The position numbers and the translations under genes are program-made. Below, in pieces: positions 22,860 to 34,842 of a DNA stretch of 41,326 nt. The DNA comes from Octopus bimaculoides (lineage: Eukaryota): NCBI RefSeq assembly GCF_001194135.2, contig NC_068984.1, forward strand, positions 58,684,776-58,726,101. The letters are read 5' to 3'. Below the pieces are notes generated by a model. That model ran no database searches. It was not told the origin of the DNA and saw nothing but the letters and a program-made list of their open reading frames with translations. The stretch's first letter is position 1. Every line of letters begins with the position of its first letter.

Positions 22860-23310
22860 AAAAAGCAAGAGATGGTTTTAGCTGGTATAACGCATGTCTC
22901 TGACCCTTGTATTATTACAAGTTCTTGGTTCCATGTGTTGTGTATAAAACGGGAAAGAAATACAAGAAAACGAGTTTTCAATGACCTGCAACACTTTATT
23001 CATCCACTAAATGAATTGTACAACAAACCAGTTGGATACATCAGGAAGATAACTGTCTGTAGTAATCATACACAATTGGCTTCTCAATTCAGTCAGAATC
23101 TGGTTGCATGTGCTTCAACAACAGGAACAAAATGGCATGACATAACTTCCAGAAAATTCTCCCCTCACTGACAAAAACAGGAAAAAATCCTCTTATCAAA
23201 AGACAAAATGAGGCACACAGAGGCACTTGATTTTGCTGTACTTGTTGGTCTATCACACAATGGGATAGGATACAAAACTGTATCCCGCATACTACTAGAC
23301 CAATCCAAAA
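22860..23310 (+). pseudogene. probable piggyBac-type transposase C-terminal relic
   Basis: Across frames: KSKRW, HVSDPCIITSSW and RGT*FCCTC..NC resemble PGBD xKxKxWY..HxxDxxxxNSW and the Cys-rich tail. Weak, multi-frame match. Confidence 0.35.
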
Positions 23311-23626
23311 AGCAGACTGGGCCAAGTATTATACCATCACATGACTGGTTTAAGTGACCAGTCGTTAGGAACATGCAGGATGGGACAATTTCTGACAGTT
23401 TAAACCTAAATGATGTAACATTCTATGACATCAGTCTCGCTACATGGTTATAGTTGGAATGTTTTGTGATTCGAGGTGTATGCTTCATCAAGGTTGGTCT
23501 GGGGTTAAACATTAACAACATTTCATAAATTGTTGATATTACTTATCGTTTCACTTACTCTCCTCTCAGTGAAAGCAAAATTGTGCTGACTTCAATAAAT
23601 TTTGAACTTAGAATCGATAAGAAATT

Positions 23627-23845
23627 TTAATCCTTTAATTTTTAAACCGACTTTATCCAGATCAAATATTCTGTTTTCTGTTCAAACCAACCAGATCTGG
23701 CCCATCACACCTACGTGAAAATATTAAAAATAAACAATGACATCATCAAAATCTCAAAGCTGTAAGATGGTGCATGATTAATTCAAAACAATGCGAATAA
23801 ATAAGTATTACATTTGATGGGATAATCTGAATGCTAAAAGGTTAA
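23627..23845. mobile_element. piggyBac-type MITE
   Basis: TTAA at both ends. Ends TTAATCCTTTAATTTTT (degenerate) / AATGCTAAAAGGTTAA. Confidence 0.55.
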
Positions 23846-24059
23846 TACTATAAAGTAATGGTTCTGTAACTGACAAATACCAATTACCCTGCTACCAAAA
23901 AAATGAAATTCTTTGCTTTCATCCTCTTTTTTCATTGTCAAAATAGAGTTGCATCTATGTAATTCTTCTTTCTTCACCATAGTATTGGATAATTTATAAA
24001 ACACTTTGATGCATTTCTAATTTTATTAAAACATTAAAGCATCAAAGCTGTCAACTATT

Positions 24060-24470
24060 TCAAAGTTAGCAAGACTTGCCCTCTTTTGGACACATGTAGA
24101 AAGCACTCTTCTCTATGGAGCCGCAACCTGGACCACGAAGAAGAAGCTTCAAGATCCCTTATAGGGTACATTCACAAGGCTTCTCTTTAGGGCTTAAAGC
24201 ATCTCATAGTGTGAACAAGACTAAAGAGGAGATTTATAGATACATTTCAACTATCTCTATCATTATTGCTCATTTCAGATAGGCTTTGCTGACCACTGCT
24301 ATCATGATGAGTAACAGGCTATATCAGATATGTTTTGGAAACTTCCACACCCTAACAAGGATGAAGGCCACTCAATTACATCGATGTTATTAGCAGAGAC
24401 ACACAATATGAAAATGAAGACTTGTTGAAGGTAATGAAGGATCATGATTCCTGGTACAGCATAATGAAAG
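24060..24470 (+). mobile_element. RTE-clade LINE 3' ORF relic
   Basis: VESTLLYGAATWTTKKKLQD..KTKEEIY..FADHCY..WKLPHPNK..YIDVISRDT..KVMKDHDSW matches post-RT motifs ESxLLYGxETW, RFAGHC and RPLxYxD. Frameshifted. Confidence 0.7.
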
Positions 24471-24739
24471 AAGAAGTATTTTATTCACCACAATACTTTG
24501 TGTGTACACTCACACTCATCATCCCCCCACCCAAAGAAAAACACTAATAAGGCATCTAGCTCAACTTTCAGTTGTTTTATCAACTCCATCACCCTTGTTG
24601 ATTTCTTAAATTTGTATGCAGCCACAGATACAAAGAGAATCAATGCTTGAAACATACACACTCAGTATAATACTGGTACATTTCTTATTGGCTCCTGCAG
24701 GATCACAAGCCAAATACTCTTGTTAGAAACCATCTACAT

Positions 24740-25111
24740 CAGGTGTTCTCAACCAGGGTCCATATCAGATTTGGATATGGGGTCCATGCAAGCAAAATAA
24801 TAAATCAGAGATCCACAGTAGTATTTTAAGGGTCCATGAGAAACAATTTGCTTTAAATGAATTTATTGCAAGAAGCAGTTAGGCTTCTTTCTGTAATGTT
24901 TAACATAATTCAGCATGTTTCCGGCCACTGAAACATCTTTTCTCAGTGTTATAGCAAACCTACACAACTGAATGAGTGAGAAACAAAATAGGAATTTTGA
25001 AATAAGTATCTATAAAACTAGTTTTTAAACATCAAATGTCTATGGGGGCCCACCAGAATGAAATAGTAATCAAAGGGATCCATAAGTTTAAAAAATGGTT
25101 GAGAACCACTG
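24740..25111. mobile_element. hAT (Charlie-type) MITE
   Basis: TIRs CAGGTGTTCTCAACC / GGTTGAGAACCACTG. TSD ATCTACAT / ATCTGCAT (7/8). Confidence 0.85.
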
Positions 25112-25789
25112 ATCTGCATGAATGTTCACCCCATAAGAAATACCCATCAAATTACACCACAACAGTTTCTTTTTTAAATAAAGATGCATTAGTAAATGTA
25201 GTCCTATAAACTCCTTCAAAAATTATGGGAGTATCACAGCTGGAATGTTTAGATCACTAGACTTCTCAACAACAACAAACTGAGACATTTGAATTCCAAA
25301 TATATAGAGAAGAGACTCCAGTACAGTAAAAAAGTTAGTCTGATGCTCTACTGTTTCTGCTATATGTCATCATATATTGATTCAATTTTAAGATGAGCAT
25401 TTACAGATCCAGTTTGTTTCCCCAATACACAAGAATGATATAATTACTTTGAAGTTAAACAAAATAAGAAAAGAGAATCAATTTTAATGCAAATTTCATA
25501 CATTTAGATTGTTTTATTGATTTGAAAAAATTATGTTTTGTTTATCTGCTGTGAATTTTGTTTTAAAGAATTGATATATAAAATAGCAATTAAAAGAACA
25601 TTATTTCAATGAATCAATTTTCTAATATATTCTCCAAATCCAATATTTTATACACATGTAATGAATCTTTTGTTTAGCAAAATTATTTGCTCTCAATGGA
25701 AGATAGTGCTTTGAAATAGAATAAATTGATATGAGACTGAAAGATACTATTTTTTTTGTTTTACTATAATTATATTATTAATTACCTTT

Positions 25790-26155
25790 CAGGTGGCTGA
25801 TTGGCAGAATCTTTAGAGCATTGGACAACCGTGCCTTACGATATGTGTTCTTGTTCTTTACATTCTGAGTTCAAATTCCACCATGGTCAACTTAGCCATT
25901 CATTCTTTTAACATTGATGAAATAAAGTTTTAGAGTTGATATAATCAATTAACCCTTCTCTTGAAATTGCTGCTTTTGTGTCATCATTTAATGTTTGTTT
26001 TCCATGTTAACATGGGTTAGATGGTTTGACTGAAAACTGGTAAGCTGCACCAGGTTCTAATCTGATTTAGCATGGTTCCTACAGCTGGATCCCCTTCCTA
26101 ACACCAACCACTCCAAGAGTGTAGTGGGTGCTTTTTACGTGTCATCAGCATGGGT
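25790..26155. mobile_element. family B SINE (+, ~25790-25985) followed by a family D tail (-, ~25990-26155)
   Basis: TGGCAGAATC..CTGAGTTCAAATTCC head. Reverse of AAGCACCCACTACACTC..CCAGCTGTAG..AACCCATG. Confidence 0.65.
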
Positions 26156-27359
26156 AAACAATTTTTATATTTTGGTTCTTTGGAAGAAAATCAAAAGATC
26201 TCATTTTGAAAAGAAAGTTGCTTTTTGATAATTTTGTTGAAATCCCTCAGTAAAAGCTTAATTGCTTCATGAAAATATTTTGTTCAATCTTCTTTAATCC
26301 ACCATTGGACCTTATAGTAAAGTTTGTTGCTGTCAGCAATGTCAGTCAAATGCTGTTCTACATGAGGGCTCAGTTTGGAAGCATATTGGATAGAGCTACA
26401 ATAACTAAGACACTTGTGTCTAAGAAACAAAGTCCACTAACTTTAAGTTGATATCTTAGGGTGGCACACTTCAACATCATAAACAGGAACTGTATTGTAA
26501 AATTAACAATAATTTCATTGATTCTTAGAGCTGAGTTCAATTTCTCCTGTAAGAAAAAATGTATTGTTCAGCTCTGAATGAGCAAATCCAGGTTAATACA
26601 ATGTACATATACTAAGTAATGATTCCGAAGTTCATTCTCATTCCTAATCATAGTTACATACACATTGCTTGCTTGCTTCATGCTCTTGTCAAAAATAGAA
26701 ATTTATCTCTTGGTCACTCAAAACTCAACTAAGAGACTGGCAGGTTCTGTGGTATCATATAATTCATAAAGAATTATCTTTCTCTGTTGAAGCACTGTCA
26801 GTTTATATCCTACCACTAGTAACAAATATAAAATAAAGGCTTTACCTTCAGTATCTCTGACTTTTTATCGACATATAGGAAGTGATCTTTATAACTGATA
26901 CATTAAACTGCCATTCTAACCTCAGATTTTTCCATGAGTTATTACAGAGGCAGCAGATAGTACCAAATGTTTCTTATTAGCTAACCCATATGTTGCTAAA
27001 AGCTATTACTTCTACAGCTTCTTCAGAAGTTGTAGAAATATTCAGTCAATCTAGTTATCAGTTAATTTTCAAGACCACTCATAACTGTTTTGCAAGAACA
27101 CGAAACCCTTACTGTCTCATACAACCTGCTAGAAATAGCAGCCAGATCTACCTTATTTCTCACCCTACTGTCTTCTTATGAAATGGAAAGACATATTGAA
27201 TGAAGTAGTCCTAGATACACTAGGCCTGAACAAAAAATGACATGATATTAGTTCTGGAAAACCCTTCATCATAAATCTGTTTAATTAGGGTTGACTTGGA
27301 GGTAAACAACTACAACAATAACAACTTTAGAGTAGTAGCAGGAAGCTTCTAGAAATCCG

Positions 27360-27580
27360 AGTTGGTAATGGCTGGACATGGTTAAGGAAGATATCCAGAA
27401 GCTCAATGTCACCTTGGAGGATGCAGAGGGGCTGGCATGAGACCACCAATGATGAAGAGCACTGTTGGATCTGATGCATGATGACATCTATACATAATGA
27501 TGTGTCTGAGATCACTAACCTGGGATGACCCCAGCCCCATCAAGCAAGTGCATGAAGCAAGCAAGCAAGTAATGCGAATG
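27360..27580 (+). mobile_element. RTE LINE extreme 3' end with (AAGC)n tail
   Basis: WLDMVKEDIQKLNVTLEDAEGLA*DHQ**RALL matches the RTE C-terminal WxDxVKxD..A.DR..WR motif. Confidence 0.7.
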
Positions 27581-28099
27581 TAACTATGATTAGGAATGAG
27601 AATGAACTCAGGAATCATTACTTAGTTATATACTAGTTTCCAATATTCTGAGCCACCATAAAGATTCATAAGTTCAATCCCATCAGGAAACATGTATGAT
27701 GAAGATGGTGAAGACTGATCTCAAGGTACTGTGAATCATAATGGGGACTTTGACCATTGGCAACACACAGTGCTGAAGAAGATCTCTTGATCCATTCAAG
27801 TATGATAAAAGCATACATTAAAGTCTTTTCTTATTGGGTCATCCCATAAATAATGCGGAATTTTCAATTGCCTGAACTAAAAATCAGACGGGGACAGGTT
27901 AAACTACCTGCATCAACTTGCTTTCAAAGCAGGAAGTAATTTTACTTTGTAATTATTTTTAATACTGGTTTTGAACAGTGCAGTTCGATTTTAACATGTT
28001 TTTAAAGCTATAATGGAAGTGACAAAGGAGCATGTTCAGCATATTTTGCTTTATGCAATCAATAAAGGCAACAACACAACAGAAAGTGAGAGGAATATT

Positions 28100-28275
28100 A
28101 ATGCAGTGTACATTATTTACATTTGATGGATATTTGTTCTCATCTTTTTTGTTGTTAACACAACGTTTCGGCTGATATACCCTCCAACCTTCATCAGGTG
28201 TCTTGGGGAAATTTCGAACCTGGGTTCCCATTCCTAAGGTATTTTTTGATGTTATTATTATTATTATTATTATTA
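28100..28275 (-). mobile_element. Penelope-like terminal repeat carrying a hammerhead motif
   Basis: ..CCAGGTTCGAAATTTCCCCAAGACACCTGATGAAGGTTGGAGGGTATATCAGCCGAAACGTTGTGTTAAC.., abutting a (TAA)n tract. Confidence 0.6.
28157..28202 (-). ncRNA. minimal type I hammerhead ribozyme with intact core
   Basis: GACAC-CUGAUGA-A-GGUUG(10-nt loop)CAGCC-GAAA-CG-UU-GUGUU. Helix I 5 bp, helix II 5 bp, loop-less palindromic helix III (ACGU), GUU triplet. Confidence 0.7.
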
Positions 28276-28504
28276 TTAGAAAGAATTGAGGTAACTCCTC
28301 CGGAAGATATTGAGTCAAAATTAAAAGAAGAGTGCCATTGTTATGTAGTGAATGATATTTCGACATTTGTGTGTCTTCAACTGGTTCAAAAAATAAATTT
28401 GTTAATATACTTCATTTTTTATGGAATGCAGCAGCAGATGATAAAGCTATAAATAAAAGCATGTAAATATTGAATTAAAAACCCTTTGAATAGAAAAAGT
28501 CTAA

Positions 28505-28576
28505 GGCTACCAATGGAACTTGAACCCACATTTCTGTAAACATGACAGCTGTCTTACCATTGAACCAAAACAATCC
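28505..28576 (-). pseudogene. tRNA-like relic, probably a SINE head
   Basis: 72 nt with A-box TGGTTCAATGG and B-box GGTTCAAGTTCC. The acceptor stem does not pair. Confidence 0.4.
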
Positions 28577-28649
28577 TTTGAATTTCTCAATCCATTTTAG
28601 AAAATTTATTCTTACCTGCGAGAATTCTTAAAATATCAACAACATACAG

Positions 28650-29072
28650 GTGCAGATGTCGCTGTGTGATAAGAAATCTTCTTGCTAACCATGTGGTTCT
28701 GGATCAAGTCCCACTGCATGGAACCTTGGGCAAATGTGTTCTACGATAACTTCAGGCCAACCAAAACCTTGTGAGTAGATCTGGTAGACAGAAACTAAAA
28801 TAAACCTGTCATATACATATTTGTGTGTGTGTTTTTGTGTGTGTTTTTGTGTCTGTGTTTGTCCCCCCACCACTGCTTGACAACTGTTGTTGGTGTGTTT
28901 ACATCCCCAGTAACTTAGAAGTTTGGCAAAAGAGTCCGGTAGAATAAGTACCGGGCTTAAAAAGACAAAAAAATAAAGTATTGAGTTTGATTCATTCGAC
29001 TTAAAATTCTTCAAGGCAATGCCCCAGCATAGCCACAGTCTAATAACTGTAACAAGTAGAAGATAAAAGATA
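28650..29072 (+). mobile_element. SINE family A, full length, diverged
   Basis: Head, central (GT)-rich tract and AAGATAAAAGA tail, all collinear with 14793-15283. Confidence 0.75.
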
Positions 29073-29510
29073 CATTAAAATGTTAGTATTTATGAATTCA
29101 GGGATGTTTAATATCATCATCATCAACATCATTGTTTTTAAATGTCTACTTTTCCAGGCTTGCATGGATTCAGATGGCAGTATGTTGGTATGGACTTTTC
29201 TATGGTTGGATGCCTTACCTGTTTCTAACCTCCACTTGTTTCCAAGTGAGATGGTAATAATTTCTTGCTCTGTCAAACAATAACAAACAGCTTGGACATA
29301 TTTACTGGCAAAAACTAGAAAACAAATGACTCTATATGAAGATCGTACAACATGTCAAAACATGTCATACAACATGGATGCGCTTTTGTACTGGACTCTA
29401 AGTAAAACAGCATTATTAGCAAAACCATTGTTTACAATCAGTGAATTAAATGCATGTAGAAAAGGGAAATACAAATACACTTTGACATGCCCACACACAT
29501 ATATATATAT

Positions 29511-29677
29511 CATCATCATCATCGCCCGTACCCCCCATCATCATCATCATCCCCACCACCACCGTCATCATCCCCACCACCACCATCATCATCATCATTA
29601 TAATCACCACCACCACCATCATCATCATCATTATCACCATCACCACCACCATCACCACCACCATCACCATCATTATC
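29511..29677. repeat. (CAT/CAC)n compound microsatellite
   Basis: Direct reading. Explains the poly-His ORF 29326-29742. Confidence 0.9.
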
Positions 29678-30302
29678 ATTTTGATATCCATTTTTCCATG
29701 TTTGCATGGAATTTGTTGAGGCAAATTTTTTGTATGACCTAATGCCCCTCAAGTCATCAACACTCACCTCTTTCCTAACAAAGTAGTATTTCTCATAGCC
29801 AGACACATTTTGTGTGTATGTGTGTGTGTGTGTAAATATATGACAGCCGTCTCTAAGTTTCTGCCTATCAAATTCGTTTACATGGTTAGCCTGAAACTAT
29901 ATAGTAGAAAGTACTTGCCAAGATGCCAAGCAGTGGGTCTGAACCTGAGAATGCATACTAAGAGAAGTAATTCAGGGTGTATTTGAACAACAAAGATGAG
30001 TACAGGCATCTCCTGTGTTACATCCACCCCAGGTTATGGGATTTCGCACTTATAGAAATTGTAAAGTATGACCATTAATTTTGGGATACAAGTCTGTAAT
30101 TTCACACTTTTGGAAACTCATATAGTTTTAAATTGTTAACAATTTAAAACTACATTTACTTCTTAGCTTAATGACCACTTGTGTTTCAGTTAAGATCAAA
30201 GTATATAGTTAACAATTTAAAAAAAAACCATACACACATACATGCATACACATGCACATATGTATATATAATGTGAATATGTGCATGTGTGTGTTTTTGT
30301 AT

Positions 30303-30615
30303 GTTTCGAGCGAACAACACATTTGAGTGAGGTCGTTGCCAGTGCCACTGGACTGACTCCTGTGCAGGTGGCACATATAAAAAACACCATTTGAGCGTGG
30401 CCGTTGCCAGTACCGCCTGACTGGCCCTCGTGCTAGTGGCATGTAAAAGCACCCACTACACTCTTGGAGTGGTTGGCGTTAGGAACGGCTTCCAGCTGTA
30501 GAAACTCTGCCAGATCAGATTGGAGCCTGGTGCAGCCATCCGGTTCGCCAGTCCTCAGTCAAATCGTCCAACCCATGTTAGCATGGAAAGTGGACGTTAA
30601 ACAATGGTGATGATC
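30303..30615 (+). mobile_element. repeat family D copy
   Basis: Two CGTTGCCAGT subrepeats and the ..GGACGTTAAACAATGGTGATGAT tail. Confidence 0.75.
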
Positions 30616-31274
30616 ATGGTGTATCAATGTATGTGTATGTGTGTGCATGCATACATGCATGTGTGTGTGTGTTTCTAATCATTAACACAAACACAGCCAT
30701 CACCAGCAACAATAATATATAGTATGAAGAAGCTAAGCAAATCCATTTCAAATAAAAACATATAATGTGGCATCCTAGTGTATTTTAAAAGTTGAATGAA
30801 ATGTCTTTGAACTTAGGTCTATGAGGATTGACTTGAGATTAAACACTCACAACAATTAGCCAGAACAATATGACCACTACATCAGTAACAATACCCAACC
30901 ACTTTGACTAACATATAAACCAATGCAACCCACATCATCACCATTATCAAGCCACTGACTTTTGAATCCAACTGGCTCCAACAGATATCAGTGTGTACAC
31001 CAACACGTGTGTGTCTGTGTGTGTATATGTGAGTCTGTGCGTGTGTATGAGTATTTGGGTATGAGTGTATGTGTATTTGTCTTAAGTTGGAAGTGCAAGG
31101 GGAAAATTATTAATAAAATCTGGTGACCCTGCAGCTAACTATAATCACATAATACTTTCTCTTCTTCAGTCAATCACCTTTGAGTCTCATTTTCATAATT
31201 ACATCCATAGGAATAAGATAATTTTCTGCTCTCACAGAACAGATTTTTCCTGGGCCAATTTTTTTACACCAGCC

Positions 31275-31485
31275 TCCTCTGGCCTCCTCTGGCCCCCTGT
31301 GCCAGTAGCACATAAAAAGCACCCACTACACTCATGGAGTGGTTGGCATTAGGAAGGGCATCCAGCTGTAGAAACACTGCCAGATCAGACTGGTGCCTGG
31401 TGCAGCCTCCTGGCTTCCCAGACCCCAGTTGAACCATCCAACCCATGCTAGCATGGAAAACAGACGTTAAACGATGATGATGATA
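31275..31485 (+). mobile_element. repeat family D 3' copy
   Basis: AAGCACCCACTACACTC..GACGTTAAACGATGATGATG. Confidence 0.75.
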
Positions 31486-31699
31486 TTTGTTGTGGATAAT
31501 CAATCGCTGCTGCTGTTGGATTTACCTTCAATTTAAGATGTCAGGAAAGAAACTCCCAAATAGAACTGAGGGTAGTTGTGTGAAAAGGAACCACAAAGAG
31601 ATTACACTGGATATTAAACTTTATGTTTTAAAAAGACTTGATGCATGAGTGAAACTAAGTTTGCCATGTTAATTGTGCAAAGACCTTATATTTCCATAG

Positions 31700-32190
31700 A
31701 TCTAATGTAAAGCTTAAAATGGAACTACTCTTGAATATATATAAATCATGGCTCAGAATCGGTGCAATGTATGGATAAACATTATAGTAATTGAAAAAAA
31801 TCAACAACAAAAGTTTGCATGATGATTTACCAAAAAGCAAAGGTGAAACTTCTAATGAAAATCCTTTTTTGGCTAGTAAAGGCTGGTCTGAAAGGTTTAA
31901 AAGTGCGTGAATTTGCACAATTTAAAAATGACTAGTGAAACTGCAAGTGCTGATAAAGAGGCTGCTACTAATTATCCAGAGCAGCTAAAGAAAATGATTG
32001 CTGAAGAAGGTTACACACCAAAGCAAGTACACAATGTTGATGAGACTGCGCTTTTGGGGAAACGCATACCTGCTAGAACTTACTTCTTGAAAAAAAAAAA
32101 AATCAAAACCAGGATTGAAAGCTTCCAAAAATCATTTGATACTTCTTTTGGGAAGAAATTCCACTGGTGATATGAAATTAAAGGGCTTTC
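31700..32190 (+). mobile_element. Tigger/pogo transposase relic
   Basis: FLASKGWSERFK / NLHNLKMTSETASADKEAATNYPEQLKKMIAEEGYTPKQVHNVDETAL.GKRIPARTY / PGLKASKNHLILLLG.NSTGDMKLK matches Tigger FxASxGWF, ExASAD, NxDETGL and GNAxGD motifs. Confidence 0.85.
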
Positions 32191-32939
32191 AAGGTTTACA
32201 CAAGGTGTAACCTTCCTCTGATTTGTTGGTCCAATAAGAAGGCTTGGATAACTATTTCTTTTCGCTTATCGCTTTCTATATTCTTATCTTGATATTTCTA
32301 TCTTTCAAGTCTTCTTTTTCTATTTTCTTTTCTTATTTTTCTCTTCCTTTTCTCCCCCAACTTCTCTCTTCTTCACACTTTCTCTTTTCCCTTCTTTTAT
32401 CATCTATACTTTACATCTTTCTTTTGCTTACATATATATCTATATTTTCCTATTTTTTGCCCTCTTCTTTTTCCATTGTTCTGTCCAGCCTGCCATCATT
32501 TCCCCCACTGACTCATCACTACCACCACCACCACCACCACCACAAGCAATGCTATATTGGTGTAGTTGTTGTTGTTGTTGTTGTTGTTCTTCTTCTTCTT
32601 CTTTGCTCCCCCAAACCTCCTCCTTTTCCTGACCCCCATTCTTTCCCCACCTTTACTTTCACTGTCAATGTTTTCCCTTTCTATAACAATGTTTGGACTT
32701 GGTAGTTTGATTAATTTTGTAGCTATTGACCTGCTATGGTTAACCACTGCCAGCATTAGTTGGTTCTCTCTCATGCCAGCTGCTGTCATATGATACTGGC
32801 TTAAAGCAATCAATAAACCAATAGATCAATATATTGCTCTCTCTTTTATTTCTTGTCTGCAGATTGGAACCAGGACTTGTGACCTGCTAGATTTTTCAAC
32901 TGAAATCCAATAGTGGGGCAAGATTACCAAAGAAGAGAA

Positions 32940-32987
<48 letters not shown>

Positions 32988-33116
32988 CAACACAACTTTG
33001 TAAATGAACAATCTGGTGTGTTTATTTTAATGGCCTACCAATGAATACAGTGAGTTTCTTTGCCCTAGGTGTTGGGAAGACACTCGGCAAGAAATAGAAA
33101 CAATTGAAAGAAGAGG

Positions 33117-33170
<54 letters not shown>

Positions 33171-33173
<3 letters not shown>

Positions 33174-33721
33174 GCCCTGATGCAGTACCAGGCACTGGCT
33201 CTCATGGTTTCTGATCTTAACTGATTGGAAGTGTTAGAATGTACGTATTTTGTCTTGGTGTAAAAGATGGGCTGTACCAAATATTCTGCTCAATATCACA
33301 GATTTGCTGGTCAGTTCTTTAACCTTAACCAGTTGAGCATGTTCCTTAATGGCTGATGTGCATCTCTGATCACAAGCAGGAGTTGTGGGGGAGCAACAAA
33401 GCTACTTGTTGAGAGGAATTATTTGAGGTTTGAATAATTCACTACTGAAAATCTGGGTGTTTCATTCATCATCCTTAAGCAACTCTTATGCAGAAACCTT
33501 TTGAGCCAGATAGGCTACTTGACCTGATGAAAATTCTAACTGCACCCCACCTACAAAGTCATGTGGTGTTTATCTTGATGTGAGATCACTATGTTGTGCA
33601 TATATGATTGTGATGCATGTACCTGGTGTACCCTTATCGGATGGGTAGTCATGATGGGTATACTGAGATTCATATATTTGTACCCCAGTGTCACTTTGAT
33701 AACATGCGTTGCTCTCTCACT

Positions 33722-33722
<1 letters not shown>
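33171..33722 (-). mobile_element. ~550-bp non-coding element, family E, in a (TAT)n tract
   Basis: Collinear reverse complement of 34843-35399, with (TAA)n on both flanks. Confidence 0.75.
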
Positions 33723-33759
<37 letters not shown>

Positions 33760-33762
<3 letters not shown>

Positions 33763-33961
33763 GTTTCAAATTTTGCCACAAGGGCAGCCATTTTTGGGGG
33801 GGGGGAGGATGAATCGATTACACTGGTACTTATTTTATCAAATCCGAAAGGATGACAGGCAAAGTTGACCTCAGTGGAATTTGAACTCAGAATGTTGAAG
33901 ACTGACGAAAAACCACTAAGCATTTTGCCTGGCATGCCAATGATTCTGTTAGCTTGCTGCC

Positions 33962-34028
<67 letters not shown>

Positions 34029-34250
34029 TTATTATTATTATTATATTGATGATTTCTACTAAAGGCACAAGGCCTGAAATTTGGTGGGAGGTGACTAATC
34101 AATTACACTGACCCCAGTGTTTCACTGGAAATTATCAACCCCGAAAGGATAAAAAGCAAAGTTGACCTCAGTAGAATCTAAACTCAGAGCATAAAGACGG
34201 ACAAAATGCTACTAAGCATTTTGCCTGACATGCTAACAATTTTACCTGAC
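33760..34250 (-). mobile_element. two tandem family B tRNA-SINEs
   Basis: Each has GAGTTC/TAAATTC B-box, GTCAACTTTGC..ATCCTTTCGG body and an (ATT)n tail. Confidence 0.75.
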
Positions 34251-34621
34251 ATGCTAATAATAATGATAATGATAATAATAATAATCAGCTACTGTCCATT
34301 CTCACAGAATCTACCAGTATAAACAAGATTGAGTGCTCTGAGAAGTAAAACAATAATAATAATAATAATAATAATAATAATCTTCATCATAGTTTGGTTT
34401 TACAAATGAAGATTCATGAAGCAGGGCTTCCCACATTGACTGCCAACTAGGGCAATTCAGGACAGGCTGGCCTGAACCATAGCAACTGCATAGGAAATTT
34501 TGTCTAGGGTTCAGCACTGCTGCCTTAATTTTGTTTTGTCTTTTTTGTCTTCAATGTTAGCCCTGTATGTGTTCTTGAAAGAAGAGATAGACTGGTAGAC
34601 AGTGTATTTCTTCAATGAGTC

Positions 34622-34825
34622 CAGGCAGAATTGTAAGCACGCTGGGCAAAATGCTAAGCAGCATTTCATCTGTTTTCACATTCTGAGTTCTAATTCTACT
34701 GAGGTCGACTTTGCCTTTCATTCTTTTGAGGTTGATGAAATGAGTACCAGTTAAGTACTGGGGTCAGTGCAATTGACTTATCCTCTCCCCTGAAATTGCT
34801 GACCTTGAGCCAAAATTTGGAACCA
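34622..34825 (+). mobile_element. family B tRNA-SINE
   Basis: GGCAGAATTGTAAGCACGCTGGGCAAAATGCT..CTGAGTTCTAATTC..CAAAATTTGGAACCATT. Confidence 0.8.
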
Positions 34826-34842
34826 TTGTCATTATTATTAGT

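Noticed and set aside
26269-26560. ORF 26269-26451 and a minus-strand acceptor near 26545
   Set aside because: No recognisable protein, stops in the likely frames and no matching donor.
26846-26895. Minus-strand mini-exon YKDHFLYVDKKSEILK with a gtaaag donor
   Set aside because: Acceptor lacks a pyrimidine tract, too short to assess and no homology recognised.
28505-28576. Functional tRNA gene
   Set aside because: A and B boxes are present, but the acceptor and anticodon stems do not pair.
29326-29806. His-rich and Asp/Gly-rich ORFs
   Set aside because: Translations of a (CAT/CAC)n microsatellite adjoining a repeat tail.
32862-32940. Strong acceptor ..cttgtctgcag at ~32860
   Set aside because: All three frames stop within ~50 nt and no donor follows.
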